From contig OZ260661.1 in the NCBI GenBank assembly GCA_965285935.1, positions 136,400,001-136,464,000 on the forward strand: 64,000 nt of DNA. The letters run 5' to 3'. A program made the translations under genes and the position numbers. The notes beneath the pieces are model-generated. The model made no database searches, was not told the origin of the DNA, and worked only from the letters and a program-made list of their open reading frames with translations. Positions 52,563 through 64,000 of the stretch are shown here, piece after piece (position 1 is the first letter of the stretch; the number at the start of each line of letters is the position of its first letter). The DNA is from Ophelia neglecta. Taxonomy: Eukaryota.

Positions 52563-53755
52563 TCATAAGATGATAAAAGGCACAAGCCGCAGACATGTAG
52601 ACATGTCTTTGTAATGAAGAGATCGTGCACATATTTGTAATTTTGTTCCATTGGCTGTTTTTAGGACTTGTATGCACAGGCAGATAGAGTGAAGGGAATA
52701 CCGCTCCTATACACTCTCCAAACTTTAGCTGGTAGCATCATACCTAGAAACATTACTCGTATAAAGAAACTTCTAGGAGAGTCATTCACATTAAACATCC
52801 TTATTCTCTCTGAAGATATTGAGGTAAGGGGAACAATATTCTGTTGTATTTGTCTTGCCTTTAAATTGGTAACAATTTGGTGGGATTGCTGATCTAAAGA
52901 AGTCCAGGCAGGGTAAGATGACTAAGGACCAATCAATGTTATCTGCGATACCTATGAAGTCATGGAAAACAGGTACATACCTACACGATACGAGTATCGT
53001 TACATCAGCTAGAAAATTGATACATTATTTCAAATAAAAAATTTTTAAATCACATTATTATTCTGCTTAACATTGTTTAAAAACAATCTAAGAGGTAAGG
53101 TTCAACTGAAAAAAGTAATTAAACCTCGTTTATCGTTGTTCAATTATGGCTAGTTTGGATTTTGTGCATGAGTATCGTAACTGCTGGTGGGCGAAGCCAG
53201 TCTACTTGAGCACCTGTGTGCCATGTGTCATGCATGCTTTATGAGAGTTTGAAATGTGCTTTGCAGCCCAAGCTTAGCCAGGTCAGAGGTCATGAGTCCA
53301 CTTACAACAATTGAAACTTGTGATGGTAAATCTTTCGGGCCTTCTATTCTGATAATCTGAGCTATAATCAAGTGATAGCAGAGGTAGACAAGTTAAGGTA
53401 ATGAAACCTTATATTTGTTTCAAAACATCCCGCAACTAATGCAGGATGTCATTTACAAAAAAACCTCCGTAGGAGTCATTTAATGGCATGCGATACATCA
53501 AGCTGCAAGATTCCATCAACAGGTCAGTGTCAGTGGATCACAGTGGTGTTGTTGGAGTTGGGCCACGCTGGGCCTTTGCTGGTAATTGTCTGAAAGTGAG
53601 GAATACAATAGCTTTTGCCGATTTATTTGGCCTGGCTATGTACCAAACTTTTAGTTATTTGCAGCAGTTTAAATAACTGGCCAAATTGACGGTTCACAGG
53701 CGAAAGAATGTTTTTGTGTCCAGCAGGCCACTGCCAGCAACAAGTTCAGGGATTC
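52563..53755 (-). pseudogene. Decayed 3-exon unknown gene, divergent from the transposase
   Basis: Candidate exons 53408-53755, 53125-53361 and 52563-52951 are all phase 1 with GT-AG ends. They form one continuous frame broken only by stop codons. No domain recognised; one intron is only 46 nt. Confidence 0.35.
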
Positions 53756-54309
53756 CTTGGTAAAAGACACAAATCCTGAATTTGAGTGTTTATTTGTCAT
53801 GCCTAATGGAAAACTCGGTGGTGATTTTCCAATTTCAAGGACTTATTTCTCAGTCTGAATTAAAAACTAGCCTAATTATAAATCAAAGGTTTGCTGTCGG
53901 AATGAGATGTCCCCCTTTCACCTTTGGGCTTTTCCGTGGTAAACCTTACGGGCCTACCTTTTCTAGTTATAAAGCCTTTTGCATCACGTATTAATCAAAA
54001 TAAGTGAATGCATGTGAATAATTAAAAGGAGGTTGTTATTTATTTTGGAAACCCACCTCTTTTAAGAGAAATTTAGAAGAAAGTGGGCGTCCAATAACAT
54101 TGCACGTAAAAGTGACTTTACCTAATCTTTTCCAAACCAACCTATTTGACCTCAAATTTTCAACATATTCTACATAGGAGTGCAGAATCTGTTGCGAGCA
54201 GTAGTCACAAATGTCATCTCTCTATTTGCAAAAAATGCAGCAGAATAAGTAAAAAAAGTCTATTTATAATCCAAAAGTGTACCTTTATTTTCATATTTTT
54301 CAATTTTAG

Positions 54310-56839
54310 TTTGGACAGGCAGGAACGACAGCAAACTCATGGCAAAAGAAAGATTTGGCATCATTATGGTGAACAGGAAAAGCACCCATGGCATAGACAC
54401 TGTTCACTATGAGTACAGCTTTGCTGTCTGCGGAGGACTCATCATTGGCATCAGCGACTGTGCCACAGCAATGTCAAGAGTGTATGTCTTTTGTAGTAAA
54501 TGTAGCTTTACTTTCTCATCCAAACGATATAACAGGGGATGACAATGGTACTTTCCATCGACCTGCTGTATCCAAAACTAATGTCAGAAATGTTTATGGA
54601 AATATTCAGTCTTGCAGACAAGGAGATGAGGTGACATGGATTGTAACGCGATAGAAACTACACGCACAAAGGAACCAAGACATTCAAACGCATGGTCTAC
54701 CAATTAGTATCTCCACATGGAGACAAATATACCTATGTTATCTTACAGTATTACTTTTCTGATGGGATTAAAGTTAAATTGGACTATCTTCCCCATGGTA
54801 AAGGTAATGGTAGTGATCCCTTTATGCCTAGACGCAACAGTGTTCTAGCTAAAGCTAAATTGCTGTCAGCAAAATTGCCCCCAGAAAAAGTAGTTGCAGA
54901 GATTCAAAAAGAAGCCGGTGGATCTCTGAACTTGGTGAGCATCGCCCAAACACCAAGGAATGGTCAACAAGTCAGAAATTTAAAACGTAACCTTCCAGAA
55001 AGTCATCGATCACGGAGTGGTACACAGAAAACATCCGACTTCAGCAATATGATTAAAATGAGTCTAGATGGAGACTATATAAAAAGTTTTGAGCTGTCAC
55101 AAGGTCATCCAAGAGCATTTTTAGGCACTGATGACCAACTTAATGATATAAAGAGATTCTGCACTGGCCCCGATGGAAGAATATTCCGAATAGATGCAAC
55201 TTTCAACCTTGGGCCCTTTTATCTTACCAGTACGACATTCAGAAATCCTATGTATTTAAACAAAGGTAATGGGAAACCAATGCTAATGCCTGGTCCTTAC
55301 ATGCTCCATGCTAGTAGGGAAACCTCTGACTATGAATTCCTGGCCAGAAAAATTTCCGAAGGCATCAACCACAAAGACATAAATGCGTGCGGAAGTGATG
55401 GGGAAAAGGCAATCATAAAAGGATTTAAGAGAGCAAAATGCTTTGATCATAAAATGAAACTTTTGGAATTAAAGACTCTGTGAGAAACACCATCCTTGAA
55501 GACATCTATGGTTTTGAAATTGACACAAACAAGGGCAGGCAGAGAGTCTGTGGGCTGGTCGATATGGAAAATAGAGAAGAGTTTGATGCACAGCTGGCCA
55601 TCATTTCAATGAAATGGGATTCACTGGAAGAGAAAGACACCACCAAGCAAAGCACAATTCAGCAAATGGTTCATGCATATTAACCATGTTAAAGCCTGTT
55701 CGAGTAAAGGCTGGTTTAGGCAGTCCCCCAAACAAATTTATCACTAACGACATAGAGGCAGAAAATTCCTGTATTCAACGAGAGTTTGATTGGAAGCAAG
55801 TCTCATGGGATCGTGGTGCTAACATACTGCAGAAAAGAATTGTCCAAAGATATGAGGATATGAATAGGGCTGTCTACAAAGATGGGAGATATAGGCTTGC
55901 AGATAAATACAAAGAATTTGAGATTGAACCATTTGAATGGGCTCCTCTAACCCCTTCTGGGAGGGAGCTTCATCTTGGGAAACTGAAGCTGAAGCCCACT
56001 GTGTAGTCTGATTCAAATAGGTTGACCATCACAGCTGAAGAAAGTAGAATACAAGGATTTTCCATTGGAAAGTTAATGGAAGTTTGGCTAGAAGCTGAAG
56101 CTCTTTTGGATAAAAATATAGTTTTTCATCCAATGCACCCACAGATAAGTAGAACTGTTGTGTTTGATAAAGATGATGTATTTACAGTTTCTAAAGAGGG
56201 TAATCTTTACAATTGTGATAAGCATTGTAAGAAATTTAAAGCTTTTTGGGGATTCTTTTGCCAACACACATTGGCAGTTGCAGAAAACTTTGGTGTCCTC
56301 ATGGACTTTATCAGTGAAGTAAACCAGCAAATTGCCAAAAATGGGCAGAATCGTTTTAATGTTGCAATACATAATAAATGGGATGGGGCTGGGAGGAAGA
56401 GCCAAAGGAAAGGGCCCAATAACCAACTCTCTTCAACTATAGTAGGATCTATTGACTTGCCCCAACATGCCACCGGACCATCTGAACCTCAAAAAGGATG
56501 TGGGGGAAAGCAACCATTTTGTCTTACTTTCAGGCATGGTCTTATTCGCAAATGTTCAAGTTGCAAGCGTCCTTTCAGGGACAAAACTTGGCAGCCCCCA
56601 TTTGATATGATTTTGAAAAAGAAGCAATTTCGAACTTATCCAGGAAGTAATGGGATATGGCTTTATGCAAGCATTTGAGTAATGACTATTATCATCTAAA
56701 TTTAGACTGTGCAAGAATCAGCTATCCAAAAACAGAGCTCAAAGATATTGTTTTACATGATGAGGGCAATGCTGTACTCTCTGTTGGCCATGTTAGTAGG
56801 TTGCATAATTTTGGTTTCCACTTGGCATGCAAACATTAA
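54310..56839 (+). mobile_element. Decayed Mutator-like (MULE) DDE transposase with SWIM and C-terminal zinc fingers
   Basis: Motifs across frameshifted ORFs: RIDATFNLG (D1), GSDGEKAIIKGF (D2), CFDH (CxxH), TNDIEAEN (E), CDKHC...CQH (SWIM), CSSC...YYHLNLDC. Frameshifts near 55470, 55670 and 56660; stop at 56004. Terminal inverted repeats not found. Confidence 0.8.
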
Positions 56840-56909
56840 ACTGTTTAATAGCATTCTGAGATGAATGATTTGATTGATTATGACTGATGTGGTATGCCCG
56901 ATATGTTAA

Positions 56910-57157
56910 GGACTATTCCTTTTTTAATTTGAAGGGGTAGAGCGGATCTGGTATTTTTATGTTACCCCCTCTCCCACTAGTGACATATTTTTTGACCCCC
57001 CCCCCCCCCCACTCTAGTGCCAAAGTTATCCTCATTAACTACCCCCCCCCCCCCAAAGCCAATTATTTCCTTACCTACCCCCCCTGGGTCTAATTTTTAC
57101 ACACACCTAGTGGTCATTAAACTTCAGGTCCCCTCCAATGTAAAAATGGAATAGCCT
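56910..57157. mobile_element. Short MITE with terminal inverted repeats flanked by TTAA
   Basis: TTAA-GGACTATTCC ... GGAATAGCC-TTAA. Confidence 0.65.
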
Positions 57158-58954
57158 TAATAGTTACCAGGACATCACTTTGGTATACAAAGAAGTTGTA
57201 TAGAGCCTTAGAAATTGTGTTGTCATACAAAGAAAGTTGTATAGAACCTTGTGTTGTCATAAGTTTTTTAAAGGGGTTTAATACTGACTAATTAAATATC
57301 TATTCACACACTTTCTTGAAGAGATACATTATAGTTAAACTTTGACTACATTTTTATGTTTTTGTTAATTGGTCACCAATAAGCCGATCACCACTGTACC
57401 TAGACATGTACATGAGTATTATGCTAACTATAAAGTGGCAGCTTGTAACACATAAATTTTCCAAATGTTTTCAATTTGTTTTATTTCCCACTTGATTATA
57501 AAAGAAAGAATGGGCAATCAAATACCAACTAAAGTGTTTCTGACAGAAATATCAGATTATAAATATATGGGTGTACCATGTTGTTACAAGTTTAAAGAAG
57601 CATGACCATTTAATATGGCCAGGAAATTCCAGGTGGGAATTCCTTGTATTTCCCATCCGAATAACGGATAAACATCCATTATTTGATATCTAAACATGTC
57701 ACTGTAACTTTGGGACAACAAGGCCTGACTATCAGGGTACAGCTCCCTTAAACAACAAATAATAGACCTCCTTGGGGGGCAAGGTGACTTAATTTAAGCC
57801 ATTTCCATATTATATCCGATAGCCTAAGCATCAGCACCAATCAACAGGATCCAAAAACCGGATTTTTTTTCAATCAACACATTTCTAAAAATTAATGGGG
57901 ATACAAAAAATTGTCTGTTTCAAAGTAGTTTCATAGGAAAGCTCACAACCATGGTTCTCAACTATAGAAATTCATCACTTTCTGCAAATATTTCTCGGGT
58001 TTAATATGCCTGGAATATTAGGGTCTACACATTTATTCTTATGGACATGTATAGTTTTCTTTGGAGATATCGCCCAGGAAAGTACAATTTACGTGTTCTG
58101 TGCAGGTTATCTATGCGGTTTATATGTATTGGAGTCCTATGGTAGTCGGAATAAAGTTTGGTCAACAATCTACGATTTGTGCATGAATCCGAAGCTGTAG
58201 CCAGCATACTTGTGGTGACAACCTACCTAAGGTGGTGAGGATACTTTTATCCAACTGTATTTTAATGTATAGGCCTATTTTCACAGGCCAACTGTTGAAA
58301 TTTTGGAAAAGTCTCATTTCTCAATTTAGTGGAACACATCGCCTTAGTATATATCTGACAATGCAATTGTTGGTAGAAACAAATGGGTTTAAAAATTATA
58401 GGAACAATCTCTCCCCAATGCTAGACAAGTAAGGATAACATTTATTATATTTATATCACTATGAAGATACATAGCCATAGTGCACATGCATGTACACGTA
58501 CTATAACAAATGGATTGAAAAAAAATAATAAACAAACACCACCACAATCTCAAAGAAGTATATATCTTAAATTTCTTTTATTATTTGCTTTGATATAAAA
58601 TAACACAGTTTCTTCTAATTTGTACCATGTTTCTATAGAGTTAGAATAATATTTATTATATCTGTGTTGCCGCCTTCACTTGTAAACACATTAGTTGCTA
58701 GTTGCTATTTTAACATCCGGCAAATATATCCACCCTCATTGAAAAGATATTTTTATGAATATTTAAAGGGGTCATTTAAAAGCGGAACATTTTTATACAA
58801 GTGGTTTTGTGGGACAATTAGGAGGGGGACTTTTTTTTTATATAGTAAACTTTAATTGCTTTCCGTGATTGGCATGAAGAAGTCTAAGACACGAAGCAAG
58901 GCAATGCCCTACCAGTACATAGGCCTATTATCCGCCATGTAATTTATATCGTCC

Positions 58955-59027
58955 CCCGGCGTTCAGTCGGCGCCGCCCTATACATGGCGCAGACAGCTCC
59001 GCGGTGGAGGTGCTTACGTATATGGAA

Positions 59028-59073
<46 letters not shown>

Positions 59074-59222
59074 ACACACACACACCCACACACACTAACA
59101 AAACAACCACACGAAGATGAGCAAAACCGACCAGCCCGGCCCACTTCGGTGGTACCCGCCGGCGTCCTAAGGGAATTCGGTCTCTCCTTAGAGGTGTAGA
59201 AGCCCAGCTTCTGCCAGAGTTC

Positions 59223-59254
<32 letters not shown>
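58955..59254 (+). repeat. GC-rich repeat fragment with (AC)n, terminal hairpin and (AATC)n tail; probable LINE/SINE 3' end
   Basis: (AC)n at 59029-59095, hairpin GTAGAAGC-CCA-GCTTCTGC, (AATC)n at 59226-59253. Confidence 0.55.
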
Positions 59255-59255
<1 letters not shown>

Positions 59256-62200
59256 CGAGGCGCAGATACCGCCCGCTCTGTTACCTTCGCTGTTTAGGGG
59301 TCCCTTTCAAAGTGCTTCTCGTGAATGACCAAACAAGATTTTCCTCGAGTGTGTGCTTTGCCGGCTTTTTCATATTGTAATAACTGATTTTTCTAAATGG
59401 AAAAACGTTACATATTCAGATAGTACATTTGCCTTCGATCACCAGTTTTCATCAACCAGAACAATGTTGCTGAATTTTCTAAACCCGCCCTAACAAGCCT
59501 CTTCCAGGCACAACTACACGATAATGACAGGCCCTAGAAATTAGTATTGGGGTAGTATAATATGCTTCGCTTTTGCCTTTCGCGCGTGTTTTCGCTTTTG
59601 CCGAAAAAAAAGATATATCGACAGTGCGTGTCACTCGTTCAACGTTTTTCTAGAAATTTTTATTCGCCAAGTTATTTTTCGCTTGCGCGGCCTCAGACCT
59701 GCATTTATGGGCAAAACTAAATAGGAGAGAATGACTAAACCTGAGAGACAAATTTTTTGTTACCTGTAAATATGAAAACCAAACTTTTTGTCTCACCCCA
59801 AAAGTTGTGAGATTCGAGGACTAAGGAAAACATTAATTTCGGGAATCCGAGATTGCGGCAAAATTAACTCTTGATGGTCTGATATGGATCGCTGAATCAT
59901 ATAGCCTACTAAGAAGACCTTTCTCTCCGCTCACTTCCAATTCTTGGGCCACCTCCCACTGCCAGCATGCCTATTTCTCAGGCAACAACTGCTCACATAC
60001 CGCTTCTCCCGCCCGAACCTATCCCATCCAACCCCCTCGGCGTTGTTTCCAGGCATTCCCCTTCCCTTCTATCCCCCGCCCCCTGACAGCTGGAGTGTAA
60101 TTAGCCCGATATTAATGCAATCTAAACTAAACTGTCCCAACAACTATGAAAGAGTGACAGTCGAGGCGATTTTGGTAAGATTGATATTTATTATTAATTT
60201 TAATAACACTTTCTTTGACTTTTTGCAGGGTGCGATGCCAGAATCTCAAATAATTGAAAATAGCGAGGCTCAATATTCATATTCGAAAATATAATAAATG
60301 CACCTTTTTGTAAAAAACAACAAAAAAAACTGGTAAATCACTAGCATGCTGGCAAAGGTTTACGTTAGTGAATCAACCCCCTGTCCTGTATTGACTAACT
60401 TTTTAATGGGATTCGTGTATTGTTCGGCCCCATTGAAAAAAATAGTTACTACACGGAAAGTTGTATAAATTAACCCCTGCGCATAGCCTATTGATACAAA
60501 CTGTCAATCTGGTCGAAAACTGTTTATTTTAGCAGACACGTTTAGATAATTGATTATATTAGTCCCATGAATTAGGATTGTATTTTTGCCAAAAAAAAAG
60601 TACAAAGACATTCTGCTGCATTGCAGTGCTCTATTTTTCAGTCATTACTAAATATAAAGTATTCATGTCCCAAATAATACAACAATATAGCGGGATCTAT
60701 TTTTTAATTTTATTTTCATTTCATTTTTTTCTTCTGAAACATAGACATTTGTAGTCTCTGCACAGTAGTTCAGGATTTATGTAAATTTACCTACTAATAG
60801 GACACCTACGCCATAGGGCATCCAGTCCTCTTTTTCATGTTGCACATATATACAAATTGTAGGTGTGATTGTTGGTTGGCGTTGGTTATCTTAATTGTTT
60901 GCCACTGTTTTGATACTGCTTGTTTTATTGTTATCAGGGTACCTGTTAAATTGTTTATCATTTGTTTGTACTATGTTGTTGTTACATGGCAATAAACTTA
61001 CTTACTTACTTATTTGCCCTTATCTTTGGAACATTTGTACATATGCTTCAGTGATTCCCTATGTAGTGATGGTGGTATTCATCATAATGGCTGCTTTAGC
61101 ATTCCCTGATTAAATGAAGCTTTTCCTTTTAATAATATTTTATTTATAATTAATCAAAGACTGACATTTTTAAGTCCATTTGACGATAACGACTCTGTCG
61201 GTTAATGAAGTAAACCCATGTTTACAATATTATAATAATCAAGCGGAACATAGAACATTTATAAGAATAAAGTTGCCCCACCTTATGATGAAATATTAAT
61301 AAATCAAAGCTTGTTACTTATATATCTTCAGAAATCACAGATGAATCTGAAGTTAAAACATGGGATCCAATCTTTGCTATATTCATGGAATATACGTATC
61401 AATCATTCCTGACTCTCTTAATTTAGGTATTAATATAAATAATTTATATATAAAATCATTGAATTACATCTGCCAAAGCAATTCCAGTGTTTCAGTGATA
61501 TATGCTGATTTATGTTGATTAACACGTATAAACCAGTTTTGAATATGCATATGTTTATAAATATACAAATATTCATGTATAATATGTCTCGACCCATAAT
61601 ACACTCTTCAAGATCCAGTTTAGATTTCGTTAAGGGCACAGGAACCACATGGCATTTAGTAAATAAAGAGCGTTCTCTAAGTCCCTATGATGACAATTCT
61701 CCGTCAGTGCAAATAACATGTTAGGTGCTAACGTTATTGGTCTTAACAATCGGTAATAGTTTGGGATATAGGGGATTTCTCAGCGCCATCACTCTCTGAT
61801 TGGCTGACTACGGTGGTCAATAGTGGCTTATTGGCTCACAACGGTGGCTATGGTTGTTTTATGGTGAATGCTGGTTAAGGCTGGTACTCTCCGATAAGTG
61901 ATACATACCGGTAGAACAGCGAGAGCAAAGCGATCCGCCATTTTGAAAGGGATAGCGTTCATGAGGACTTCGGTAAGCTGGCAGTTTTGATATCGGGAAA
62001 ACAAGGGCTACATTTCTGTATTGGAGTCAGACCCGGAGGAATAAACACACCAAGGGGCTTCTCAAGACCCTCGTTATAGACACTGCCATGGGATTCCGCG
62101 TTCATGTATTCATTAAGGGGTCAATATACATAGTATACTGTACGGGCAATAACGAAATGTAACTAGTCAACCAATGAAAAAAAATACCTGTAGGGGTAAC

Positions 62201-62871
62201 TTTCAGTAACGTGACTGGGTATTGCTGGGTAATTGCTCAACAAATCAAATGGTTTTAAAATTATCTAAGTAAGAATAACCTCCTTGGGCCTAGTAGCCTA
62301 TATTGGAGGGTACACACATATCTGTTATGATGAACATCTGTTCTGTTGTCACTTTCAGATGACTGGTAAAACATCCTCATAAGAGCACATCAGTTTTTAG
62401 TCTTGTTGGCTGGCTGACATCCGATCATCTCCAAGAGACCCCTTTGGGGACCCATTTGGTCACCCTCATGATGACCGCCTGTAACTTTATATTTAGCTGT
62501 ATATGCTGCTCGGAAGCATAAAAATAAACTGCCTGCTATCCACTCTCATAAGACTCATGACGGATTGTGTAAGGTTTTTAAAACAAGTGTCAGGATCACT
62601 GAGCAGGCTTAATGCGGCGATTAATCATGTGTAATCTAATTCCTTAACTGAGTATTTACACTGCTACTCAGGATATGGCTCAAATCTATCAGTTTTTAAA
62701 GCACTAGTCTATTTGATTTCCTTTAATTTGATGACTTCATTAACACCCCCGTCTATGCTATTGGTCTACGGTGGTAAATCCGTTTAAACCACTGGTTCAT
62801 GTTATAGTTCCGATTCTACGTAACAGACCATCTTGCTTAATGTATTTGCTCCTGCTTGTCCATGTAAAGTC

Positions 62872-64000
<1,129 letters not shown>

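Noticed and set aside
58928-59231. ORFs with CV/TH repeats
   Set aside because: Translation of an (AC)n microsatellite.
62320-62600. Possible solo LTR (TGTTATG start, AATAAA)
   Set aside because: No clear CA end, TSD or second copy in the window.

Overview
AT-rich, intron-containing animal DNA, probably from a marine invertebrate (inferred from the SINE and CR1/L2 LINE types). No bacterial features. The minus strand carries a head-to-tail cluster resembling the vertebrate DTX3L/PARP14/NMI innate-immune family. From right to left: (1) the 3' end of a DTX3L-like RING-Deltex E3 ligase (62.9-64.0 kb); (2) an intact spliced Ser/Thr kinase (48.4-49.6 kb); (3) a gene with five PARP14/NID-type RRMs and a charged helical tail (39.7-46.9 kb); (4) a gene with about nine RRMs (6.7-37.5 kb) that grew by in-frame tandem duplication of a 4-exon cassette. 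Neither RRM gene shows macro, WWE or PARP exons. A decayed Mutator-like transposase with possible accessory genes lies at about 52-57 kb. Introns hold four LINEs (two with target-site duplications, one with a 2A StopGo motif), two tRNA-SINEs, a pogo fragment and MITEs. Top lead: the kinase sits behind a paralog of the RRM-gene upstream region and can be spliced in frame into the 5-RRM gene, giving a predicted 879-aa kinase-RRM5-coiled-coil protein. Second lead: the duplicated RRM cassette differs almost only at nonsynonymous positions. All exon models were built by eye from GT-AG sites and reading phase; none is supported by transcript data.
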